Source: an uncultured Candidatus Saccharibacteria bacterium (GTDB taxonomy: Bacteria; Patescibacteriota; Dojkabacteria; J137). From it: a stretch of 64,000 bases of DNA. Under the pieces are notes generated by a model. The model was not told the DNA's origin and did no database searches. It was given only the letters and a program-made list of their open reading frames with translations. Below, in pieces: positions 1 through 8,601 of the stretch; within the stretch, counting starts at the first letter, position 1, and the number at the start of each line of letters is the position of its first letter. The stretch lies in NCBI GenBank assembly GCA_964414295.1, contig CAYPVU010000020.1:43289-107288 (forward strand). Direction: 5' to 3'. The translations under genes were made by a program, and so were the position numbers.

Positions 1-1
1 C

Positions 2-2128
2 GAAGTTAAAGATATTTCTGCTAGATTCAAATTTTCTTCAGGTGGAGAAACTTATTACTTGAATTACCCTCAAGATGAAAATAATGCAGAGTTTACGCAG
101 TTTGCTGTGTTTGACGGTAAATCAGTAATCATACATCTAGATGAGCGTAATAAATTTGAATTTAAACCTGTTAGTTTAGAGTTCTTTAGTTCTCTTACAG
201 CCGCCTATAAAAAGATTGAAATTAAATTAGATGATGATATACAAAGCAGGCAAGTAAGAAAAGAATACGCAGCATTATTTGATGGTGATTCAAAAATTAA
301 AGAAGTAATTAACAACCTTTCTTCCGATACAAATATCCAAGAATTAAATAAACTACTTCCTGTGGGAGAAGTAGATACTAGGTTGAAAGAATTAGAAGAG
401 AAAAAAGCTCAGTTAATAGTATTGAAAAAGGATAAAGAAATTACATCGCTAACTGAAATTCAAACTTTACTAAGAGCTCTTAAAGAAAGTATTGAAGAAA
501 ATAATAAATACTTTCTTCAAGATACCATAAAGGAAGTAAAAGATAGAATTACCAACTATATAGAAAAATTAGCATTAGCAAACAAGGAAGGAATAACGAA
601 TCTACAAACAGATAAATTAAAGGCTGTAGGAACTGCCGAATGGAAGGCATTCATAGAAAGTGCAGAGAAAGTGGCTATACAGGAAGGTGATAATTATCCT
701 TTAGAAGATTCTATTTGCATTTTTTGTCATCAGCCATTGAAGGAAGATAGTCACTCACTTATCCATGATTATTGGAAATATCTAAAAAGCAAATCCGAGC
801 AGGATAAGAAAGATGCCAAAGAGAAGCTAGATAAAGCTATTGGTGCATACAATAGATTAGCTTGGAATTTAATGTCTGATGAAAGTATATTAAAGAAGTG
901 GTTGAAGGATAATTACGAAAAAGAAGCTGTAAAATTAGAAGAGGACATCTCTAGTCAAAAAGAATTATCAGATTTAATACTATTAGATTTAAAGGATTTA
1001 AATTTAGAGGAAAGAAGGGAGTCTTTAGTTGAAACATCAGATATAGATACAATAGAAAGAAATATAGAAGAGCAAATTAATAAACTTAAACTACAGGAGC
1101 CGACAAAAGAATTAGAATCAGTAAATCAATCAATTACTTTATTAAACCATCAGCAGAAGCTATCGCAACATATATCAACTATTATTGAATATATAAACAA
1201 TTTGAAATGGGCAGAAAAAGCGACACAGTGTAAAAGAAAATTGTTGACTACTAAAGTTACTAATAAAGAAAAGGAGCTTTCAGATAAGTTTTTTAATCAA
1301 GATTACTTAGAAGCTTTCAATGGCGAGTGTATGAGTATGGAGTGCAATTTTGGAGTAGAAATTAATCATACAGGTGTAGCGGGAACATCCTATCGACAGC
1401 TACGACTAAAGGGACATAACCCTTCTGCAATCCTTAGTGAAGGTGAACAAAAGGTTATTTCTCTTGCAGACTTCTTATCAGAAACTAAATTGTCTCAAGG
1501 CAATAAAGGTATTATTTTTGATGACCCTGTTAATTCGCTTGATGAGGAAAGAAAAAGCATTATCGCAAATAGGTTAGTTAATGAAAGTAAAACTCGACAG
1601 GTCATAGTGTTTACTCATGATTTAGTATTTGTCTCCTCTCTTATATCAGCATGTGAAGAAAACAACACAACTACAACTTGTCATTGGATTGAAAAAATCG
1701 ATGGAAAACCTGGGAAAATATGGTTAGATAATGCCCCTAGTTTGGAAAAAACTTACAGGAAGTCAGGTAAAGCATGGGACTTTTACAACAAAGCGAAAGA
1801 TGCATCGGGTCCAGAAGAAAGAGAAATTCATATAAAAAGTGGCTTTGCTTCATTAAGAACTAGTTATGAAACACTAGTTATATTTGATTTATTTAAGGGA
1901 GTTGTACAGAGATTTAATGAACGGGTTAGTATTATGAGCTTAAAGGATGTGACGTTTTCTGAAGAAATGAAAAATGAAATAATTAGTAGTTTTGAAAAAT
2001 GTTGTAGTTACATGGAAGGTCATTCTCATAGCGATAAATATACCTATACCAAGCCCTCTTTAGATGATTTGAAAAATGAGATAGAGGTATTTGATAAGCT
2101 AAAAGGTAAATTGAAAACAAAAGATTAG
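2..2128 (+). CDS. 5'-truncated SMC/Rad50-like ABC ATPase with a coiled-coil CxxC zinc-hook insertion and a ~180-aa C-terminal domain (RloC-like candidate). The N-terminal Walker A lobe lies outside the window.
   Basis: The frame is open from position 2 with no upstream stop, so the ORF-track Met at 59 is not the true start. Long heptad-like coiled-coil flanks CIFCHQP (CxxC at nt 716-727). The ABC signature LSEGEQ (~1434-1451), Walker B IIFDDPVNSLD, a D-loop and the H-loop FTHD are present. A C-terminal domain follows with GHSHSDKY. Confidence 0.55.
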   Translation, partial: EVKDISARFKFSSGGETYYLNYPQDENNAEFTQFAVFDGKSVIIHLDERNKFEFKPVSLEFFSSLTAAYKKIEIKLDDDIQSRQVRKEYAALFDGDSKIKEVINNLSSDTNIQELNKLLPVGEVDTRLKELEEKKAQLIVLKKDKEITSLTEIQTLLRALKESIEENNKYFLQDTIKEVKDRITNYIEKLALANKEGITNLQTDKLKAVGTAEWKAFIESAEKVAIQEGDNYPLEDSICIFCHQPLKEDSHSLIHDYWKYLKSKSEQDKKDAKEKLDKAIGAYNRLAWNLMSDESILKKWLKDNYEKEAVKLEEDISSQKELSDLILLDLKDLNLEERRESLVETSDIDTIERNIEEQINKLKLQEPTKELESVNQSITLLNHQQKLSQHISTIIEYINNLKWAEKATQCKRKLLTTKVTNKEKELSDKFFNQDYLEAFNGECMSMECNFGVEINHTGVAGTSYRQLRLKGHNPSAILSEGEQKVISLADFLSETKLSQGNKGIIFDDPVNSLDEERKSIIANRLVNESKTRQVIVFTHDLVFVSSLISACEENNTTTTCHWIEKIDGKPGKIWLDNAPSLEKTYRKSGKAWDFYNKAKDASGPEEREIHIKSGFASLRTSYETLVIFDLFKGVVQRFNERVSIMSLKDVTFSEEMKNEIISSFEKCCSYMEGHSHSDKYTYTKPSLDDLKNEIEVFDKLKGKLKTKD

Positions 2129-2131
2129 AAC

Positions 2132-2160
2132 AAGAGGAGATGGTTTAATCATCTCCTCTT
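2132..2160. terminator. bidirectional intrinsic terminator hairpin between convergent genes
   Basis: Perfect 11-bp inverted repeat AAGAGGAGATG / CATCTCCTCTT with a 7-nt loop, and T-rich tracts on both sides. Confidence 0.6.
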
Positions 2161-2174
2161 AATCTGTTAAATTT

Positions 2175-2747
2175 TTATTTCAGAGCTCCTTGCATTAAAT
2201 CTAACATTTCCTTTTGCTCAGTAGCTTTATATTTAGGAGATACTCTTAGAAGAACATTTCCTATGATACGATGTTCACCAGGATTAAGGAATCCTGAATT
2301 CTTTTGAAAAGATGATAAGTAAGTACTTCTACTTTGCGCGTCTTCTTCTGTAGCAAAAACTTCTACTGTTCCTCCAGCATCAGTTCCATAATCATTTGAA
2401 GTAGAGTAGTCCATCCCGTCTTGGTTTGTTCTTGTATCATAAAATGCACCTGCATATTGATATTGTCCATTTTTCCCGAGCATATTATTACTATCGGTAT
2501 CTTCAGTGTATATCCTTGTCTTTTCTACAGTAGGCACTTCTGACTTTACTTTATCTAAAATAGATTGAACTAACTCATTACCTATTAACTTTGACTTTGA
2601 TGCATTGTTGGTATTGTCTGTAAATGATTCATTTACAGAAGGAGAATTGTCTGCACTGTCAGACTGATTCTGTAGAAGAATGACTCCTCCTATTATAGCT
2701 ATTGCCAGCACTACTACAGCACCTATCACGAAGCCCTTGGTCTTCAT
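2175..2747 (-). CDS. hypothetical signal-anchored/secreted protein
   Basis: N-terminal hydrophobic segment FVIGAVVVLAIAIIGGVILL, then an N/S/T/D-rich soluble region. No recognisable motifs. Confidence 0.5.
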   Translation of the reverse strand: MKTKGFVIGAVVVLAIAIIGGVILLQNQSDSADNSPSVNESFTDNTNNASKSKLIGNELVQSILDKVKSEVPTVEKTRIYTEDTDSNNMLGKNGQYQYAGAFYDTRTNQDGMDYSTSNDYGTDAGGTVEVFATEEDAQSRSTYLSSFQKNSGFLNPGEHRIIGNVLLRVSPKYKATEQKEMLDLMQGALK

Positions 2748-3555
2748 ATAGAGAAAGATAAAAAATAGAATTTACAAGATTACTGGCTGAGTTATTCAAA
2801 GCTTTAAAAGCAAAGATGGCCCAACGCCAGCTAAGTCTTGCGACTTACTATCAGGGTTTCCCCAGATAGACCAAGGGTAGGACTGGACATTGAGCCGTCA
2901 TCATACCCTTGGATTTTGTTACGAAACCATGCTCATATTTTTAATATGAGTTTAGGTCTCAGATAGGAGAATTATAATCTATGAAGACATAAGCTTCAAC
3001 AGATGATAAAAAAGATTATTCAGTATATGTTAAATTCAAAAATTACTATGCTATCTGAGGTAAAGATAGTTAGGGCATTAAAAATAGAATATAAACGTAA
3101 GCTACTGCCATAGCCATATTTTAAATTCTGATTAGCCTATGGAACAATGTTAATAAGGAATCGAAGTAACAGCAAGGATAGTTAATTCCTTGAGTTTAAT
3201 AGGATAAATTCCTATATTTCTAATATAAAAATAGATTTACTTAAACAAGTATTGTTATGAGCCTCAGAATAATGAAAATAGTATGAAACTGAAGTATAAT
3301 ACAGTCTATAGAACTGTAGGGATTATATTTAGAAAATTAGATTAGATATCTACATTAGTTAAAGCAAGTAATTTACTTACTGTATTCAAAAAATGGTCAG
3401 GATATTTAATGATTTTTAACCAGTCTGTCGTTCGAAAATCGTCCCAGACAGTCAGTTTTTAAAACTAATTTATGAATCAAAAATGGGATTCCCCTTGGGG
3501 GAAAACACTTACACACTAATTAATATTAAAGTAATACTTAAATTAGTAACTTTTT

Positions 3556-4866
3556 ATGGAACGAACTTTTATTAAAGACCTATCTAAATTAGTAGGCACA
3601 ACAGTAAAGATTGTAGGATTTGCAGAAAATCAAAGAGAATTAGGGAAAATTACATTTGTAGACCTTAGAGATATTACAGGAAAAGTACAGTGTGTAGGTT
3701 ACCAAATGATGAAAGATGTAACAGTTGAATCAGTTTTAGAGATTGTAGGAGAAGTTAAAGCAAGACCAGAAAAAATGATTAATGCTGAACAAGAGAATGG
3801 TACTGTAGAGATTGATGTTAAAGAATATAAATTGTTAAGTAAGGCTGAAGGATTGCCAATCATGGTAAATGCTAAGGCTCAAAACGAAGCAGAAGTTGAT
3901 GTTAGATTAGACTATAGATGGTTAGACCTAAGAAAACCAGAAAAGCTTTTAGTATTTAAAGTTTGGACAGAATTAGAAAGAGCATTTAGAGAATATTGGA
4001 CATCTAATAATTATTTAGAAATCCACTCTCCTAAGCTATTGGGTGCGCCAAGTGAAAGCGGAGCAGAAGTATTTGAAGTTAAATACTTTGATAGAAAAGC
4101 ATATTTAGCTCAATCGCCGCAATTCTATAAACAAATGGCAATGGCAGCAGGATTCGAAAAAGTCTTTGAAATAGGATCTGTTTTTAGAGCAGAGAATTCA
4201 AACACAATAAGACATACAACTGAATTCACAGGTTATGACGCAGAAATTTCTTACATTAATTCTCATTTTGATGTAATGGAAGAAGAAGAAAAGCTCATTG
4301 CTTTTGGCATGCAGAAAGTTAAAGAAAAGTATGGAGAGGAAATAAAAAAACTTTTAGGAATAGAGATTATTGTACCTACAATTCCATTTCCTAAGTTAAC
4401 AATGAAGGAAGCAAAAGAAATTCTTGCAAATTTAGGAATTAAAAGTGAAAAAGATGGTGACCTTTCAAGTGAAGAAGAAAGAGAACTTGGTATGTATGTA
4501 GAAAAAGAAATGCATCATGAATTTGTTTTTGTAACAGATTATCCAATTGATGTAAGACCTTTCTACCACATGAGACATGAAGATAATCCTACACTTACAA
4601 AGAGTTTTGACTTAATGTTTAAAGGTTTAGAAATAACTACAGGTGCTCAAAGGGAACATAGATACGATGTTCTATTAAATCAGGCAAAAGAAAAAGGAAT
4701 GAATATAGAAAATATTCAATTCTATTTAGATTTCTTTAAATATGGTGTTCCACCTCATGGAGGATTAGGAATGGGACCAAGCAGACTTTTAATGAAGATG
4801 CTTGGATTAGAATCTATTAGAGAATCAATGTTCTTATTTAGAAATCCTAGAAGATTAAATCCATAA
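3556..4866 (+). CDS. aspS: aspartyl-tRNA synthetase, archaeal/eukaryal-type (class IIb)
   Basis: N-terminal OB anticodon-binding fold. Class II motifs QSPQFYKQ and FRAENSNTIRHTTEFTGYD (motif 2). Motif 3 GLGMGPSRLLM and the C-terminal FPR are present. Confidence 0.85.
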   Translation: MERTFIKDLSKLVGTTVKIVGFAENQRELGKITFVDLRDITGKVQCVGYQMMKDVTVESVLEIVGEVKARPEKMINAEQENGTVEIDVKEYKLLSKAEGLPIMVNAKAQNEAEVDVRLDYRWLDLRKPEKLLVFKVWTELERAFREYWTSNNYLEIHSPKLLGAPSESGAEVFEVKYFDRKAYLAQSPQFYKQMAMAAGFEKVFEIGSVFRAENSNTIRHTTEFTGYDAEISYINSHFDVMEEEEKLIAFGMQKVKEKYGEEIKKLLGIEIIVPTIPFPKLTMKEAKEILANLGIKSEKDGDLSSEEERELGMYVEKEMHHEFVFVTDYPIDVRPFYHMRHEDNPTLTKSFDLMFKGLEITTGAQREHRYDVLLNQAKEKGMNIENIQFYLDFFKYGVPPHGGLGMGPSRLLMKMLGLESIRESMFLFRNPRRLNP

Positions 4867-4876
4867 CTTTATTATA

Positions 4877-4900
4877 GGCGGCGCTAAAGCGCCGCTTTGT
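4877..4900 (+). terminator. GC hairpin plus T-tract between aspS and asnS (terminator or attenuator)
   Basis: GGCGGCGC-TAAA-GCGCCGC followed by TTTGTT. It overlaps the TTG start proposed by the ORF track, which argues for the ATG at 4915 as the true asnS start. Confidence 0.5.
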
Positions 4901-4914
4901 TAACTAATTTATTT

Positions 4915-6216
4915 ATGAACGAATATTCAATTTCAAAATCAAAAGAGTTTGCAGGCAAAGAGGTAACTCTTAAAGGCTGGATGTATAACAAAAGAAGCTC
5001 TGGAAAGATTGCATTTTTGCAATTAAGAGATGGAAGCGGTTACATTCAAGGCGTAGTAGAAAAAGCAAATGTTAGTGAAGATACTTGGAAAGCAAGTGAG
5101 GAATTAACAATAGAGTCGTCCTGTGAAGTTATTGGTTTAGTAAAAGAAGAACCAAGATCTCCAAGTGGTTACGAACTACAAGTAAAAGAAGTTAAAGTTG
5201 TTAATATTGCACCAGAATTCCCAATTGGTAAAAAAGAACACGGACCAGAATTTTTATTTGAAAATAGAGATTTATATTTAAGATCTAAAACTCCTTGGGC
5301 AGTTTTAAGAATAAGAGATCAAGTATTTAGATCCGTAACTAATTATTTTTACGAGCAAGGATTTATTAGGTTTGATGCACCAGTTTTACAGCCTACATCA
5401 GCTGAAGATACTTCTCAATTATTCGAAATTGAATATTACGAAGACAAAATGTATTTAACCCAATCAGGACAGCTATATTTAGAAGCTGGAATTATGGGGT
5501 TTGGCAAAGCATACGATTTTGGTCCAGTATTTAGAGCAGAAAAGAGTAAAACTAGAAACCATTTATCTGAGTTCTGGATGATGGATGCAGAAATGGCAAA
5601 TTATGATCAATCCATGAATGAAGATGTTCAAGAAGGAATGGTTAAAAGAATAATTAAAGATGTTTTAGAAAACTGCAAAACTGAATTAAAAGTATTAGAA
5701 AGAGACACTACTGTTCTAGAAAATTGTTTAAATAAAGATTTTGTAAGAATTAAGCATTATGATGCTAAAAAGCTTTTAGAAGATAAAGGATTTAAAGTAG
5801 ATTACAACGATGATATGACTACAGAAGAAGAAATTGAAATCGGTAATCATTTTGGAATTCCAGTATTTATAGAAGACTATCCTTTTGCTGTAAAAGCTTT
5901 CTATATGAAGAAATATACAGATGAAAGAGGAATGGAAAGAGCAAGAAATGCTGATTTAATTGCACCAGAAGAAGCTAGAGAAATAATAGGAGGAAGCCAA
6001 AGAGAAGAATCTTACGAAAAGTTATTAGAAGAATTAAATAAAAGAAACTACCCTGTTTCCGACTATGAATGGTACTTGAATATCAGAAAATATGGATCTG
6101 TTATACATTCTGGATTCGGCTTAGGATTAGAAAGAATGGTTAGATGGGTAAGTGGTGTTCATCATATTAGAGAAACAATCCCTTTCCCTAGAACTACAGT
6201 ATTAAGTAGACCTTAA
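4915..6216 (+). CDS. asnS: asparaginyl-tRNA synthetase (class IIb)
   Basis: Motifs TQSGQLYLE, FRAEKSKTRNHLSEFWMMDAE and GFGLGLERMVRW. The start was moved to the ATG at 4915 (MNEYSISKS...) because the upstream TTG lies inside the hairpin. Confidence 0.8.
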   Translation: MNEYSISKSKEFAGKEVTLKGWMYNKRSSGKIAFLQLRDGSGYIQGVVEKANVSEDTWKASEELTIESSCEVIGLVKEEPRSPSGYELQVKEVKVVNIAPEFPIGKKEHGPEFLFENRDLYLRSKTPWAVLRIRDQVFRSVTNYFYEQGFIRFDAPVLQPTSAEDTSQLFEIEYYEDKMYLTQSGQLYLEAGIMGFGKAYDFGPVFRAEKSKTRNHLSEFWMMDAEMANYDQSMNEDVQEGMVKRIIKDVLENCKTELKVLERDTTVLENCLNKDFVRIKHYDAKKLLEDKGFKVDYNDDMTTEEEIEIGNHFGIPVFIEDYPFAVKAFYMKKYTDERGMERARNADLIAPEEAREIIGGSQREESYEKLLEELNKRNYPVSDYEWYLNIRKYGSVIHSGFGLGLERMVRWVSGVHHIRETIPFPRTTVLSRP

Positions 6217-6238
6217 AAATGCCCGAAAGGGCATTTTT
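6216..6238. terminator. bidirectional intrinsic terminator
   Basis: AAAAATGCCCGAAAGGGCATTTTT: GCCC/GGGC stem with a GAAA loop, flanked by A and T runs. It sits between convergent asnS and the 6237-7811 gene. Confidence 0.65.
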
Positions 6239-7811
6239 ATTTTATAGCAGTTTGTTCAAACTCCTGTTGAACTTCCATTGATACCTCTCCTGCAAATAAT
6301 GCAATTGCTAAGTCTATTTCTTGAAGTTTTTGAATAGGTTCCATTTCTTTTCTAATTATGTGTCTTAAAATTGCTATTTGCTGATTTATCTCAGCATCCT
6401 CTTTAGCAACAAAATTCAGTCTCCCTAACTGTGTAGATAACCATCTATATTTTTCGTGTCTGCTTTCAATTCCAACTTCTTGATGCAAAAAGTTATATAG
6501 TTCATAAAAGAAATCTATAAATAAAGTTACCTCGTTAGTTATATATTTTATTCCTCCAGTACCTAATCTAACTTTTAATTCTTCTTGCTCATCGGGAGTT
6601 AAAGAATCCCAGCCAGGGATTCTATCTCTTATAGTTTGAGATGCAATTGTTACACCCAATACTGGCTGAACTAAGTTTTTAGTTTGTGTAAATCCGTTAT
6701 AATTAAGACTTTGTGTAATTGCAGTATTCATAGAAGGAATATTTACAAATTCTTTTCCTTGGTCACGGTATCTTTCTACCCAATCTGTTCCTCCCATCGT
6801 TAGGTTTTTAAAGTCGTTCTCATTCATTTGCATTACTACCCCTTCTAAATGTAAACCTGTTAAAAAGAATAGTAATAAATCAACAAAGTCTGCTTCATTT
6901 CTAGTTCTTGCAATATTTCCTAACCACAAAATTAATCCAGGATATTCCTTTAAATAGGGAGCTAACACATTAAGCTGACCAAACAAGTTTGCAATTGAAC
7001 CTGTAGAAAAAACAATTGCCTCTGATCGCTGCATTACTTCTAATAATTCTGGATGATTTCTTTCTATTTCTGCAATTCCTATTGCTTCACCTACTTCTTC
7101 GTCTATTAATTTATAGGTTCCAGGTCCCATATGAATTTGAGCTTCATCAACAGCTTCTTCGGTTACAAATTTTAAACCCGTATTTAAGTTTGTAGCTTCC
7201 AAAGTTAATCTTTTATTATAAAAAAAGTGCGGATGAATATTTTCTGGAATTAACCCAAGGTTTTTTAGTTCTGCAAAAAACTTATTTATATCTAAACCTT
7301 TTTGTATGTGTATAAAAGCTAAAAATAAATTACCAATTGAATGCTTTACTGCAGGATCAAAACCTAGTTCTTTAAATTTATTAAAGTATCTTTTACAAAA
7401 CCCTATAAATCCTTCACAAAAGTCTGGATCTACAAACCCAATTTGATTACAGAAGTCTACACATGCACCAATAAATTCTGCAGTATCAGTCCCCTTATAT
7501 CTTTCACCCATCTTTCTAGAAGCTTCATCACCTCTGGTATAAAATAAGAATCTTTCAATTATTGATCTTAAATCTCCCATTGGCAGTAATTGATTAGGAT
7601 TAATGCCTAAATCTAGCTGAGATAAAACTTTATAAAGCCATCCTGTATGGCCCCCACTGTCATCAACACCTAATACTAAATGAATTTCATCAAGTTCTGT
7701 ATCTGAATTTAATTCGTCCTGATTAACAGTTTGCCTAGTTAGAAGATCATCCATTGCAGAAGATCCGTGTCCTCCAACTCCAAGAATTGTTATAACTTTT
7801 CCTTTTGCCAT
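6237..7811 (-). CDS. YvcK/CofD-superfamily (UPF0052) protein with a ~200-aa C-terminal extension
   Basis: ILGVGGHGSS matches the GGGTG-type P-loop-like motif. VDDSGGHTGWL resembles the DDGGSSGRL motif, and LPMGDLRS resembles PPGDIRN. GNLFLAF and STGSIANLFGQLNVL are also present. At 524 aa it is longer than the typical ~330 aa. Confidence 0.55.
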   Translation of the reverse strand: MAKGKVITILGVGGHGSSAMDDLLTRQTVNQDELNSDTELDEIHLVLGVDDSGGHTGWLYKVLSQLDLGINPNQLLPMGDLRSIIERFLFYTRGDEASRKMGERYKGTDTAEFIGACVDFCNQIGFVDPDFCEGFIGFCKRYFNKFKELGFDPAVKHSIGNLFLAFIHIQKGLDINKFFAELKNLGLIPENIHPHFFYNKRLTLEATNLNTGLKFVTEEAVDEAQIHMGPGTYKLIDEEVGEAIGIAEIERNHPELLEVMQRSEAIVFSTGSIANLFGQLNVLAPYLKEYPGLILWLGNIARTRNEADFVDLLLFFLTGLHLEGVVMQMNENDFKNLTMGGTDWVERYRDQGKEFVNIPSMNTAITQSLNYNGFTQTKNLVQPVLGVTIASQTIRDRIPGWDSLTPDEQEELKVRLGTGGIKYITNEVTLFIDFFYELYNFLHQEVGIESRHEKYRWLSTQLGRLNFVAKEDAEINQQIAILRHIIRKEMEPIQKLQEIDLAIALFAGEVSMEVQQEFEQTAIK

Positions 7812-8452
7812 TAAAATAAACTTAATAAACTTTCTACCTCTCTTACATTACTAGGTGTTTCTAAATGAGAATACTTATCACCTAATCTTTTAATTCTTAT
7901 GTAATCAATATTAGTAATAGGTTTTTTAAAACCTTCGATTTTATCATCTATCCAGTAAAATTGGGAATATTTCACTTCTTTAGTCTTTTTAAAAACTTCA
8001 GATAAGGCGGAACTTAAATTTGATTGCAAAAACTCATTTTTATCTGAATCTACAATAATTACTGGTAATCTAAGCTTATTAAGCCCGCTTATCTTTAATT
8101 TATATTTGTAATGGAAGGGATCGGCATAGGTAAAAACAACAATATTCTTTTTATGAGTATTTATAAAGTCTAAGGTATCTGAATATAAGTAATCTTTTTC
8201 TAAAGAAATTAAATAATGCTTTATTTCTTCAATAAGTCCCGATATATTTTTTAATCCTAGGATTTTAAATTGCTTTTTTAGACTATGAGGTTTTCCATCT
8301 TTCTTTGCGTCTTCGTAAGCTTCTTTTATATCTTCTAAAGGTATTTTATAGGTTGAGTTTAAATACAAAAATATATCGTTATGGAATTCATCTGATTTAA
8401 ATAATGTCCCATCAAAATCAACTAAAAGTAATTGTGACATAATAATACTCAT
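7811..8452 (-). CDS. HAD-superfamily hydrolase
   Basis: HAD motif I LLLVDFDGTLF. The stop/start overlaps the upstream YvcK-like gene. Confidence 0.6.
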   Translation of the reverse strand: MSIIMSQLLLVDFDGTLFKSDEFHNDIFLYLNSTYKIPLEDIKEAYEDAKKDGKPHSLKKQFKILGLKNISGLIEEIKHYLISLEKDYLYSDTLDFINTHKKNIVVFTYADPFHYKYKLKISGLNKLRLPVIIVDSDKNEFLQSNLSSALSEVFKKTKEVKYSQFYWIDDKIEGFKKPITNIDYIRIKRLGDKYSHLETPSNVREVESLLSLF

Positions 8453-8601
8453 ATTTTATAAAAGAGATTTAAAGTATATAACGGAGTTTAAGAATGGGTC
8501 AATTACTCACTTTAATCATTATTACTGGTTAATAAGATACGAGTATTCAAAGATTCAGGCATATATTATAATTCTTTTATAAACCATTAATTAAATTCGG
8601 T

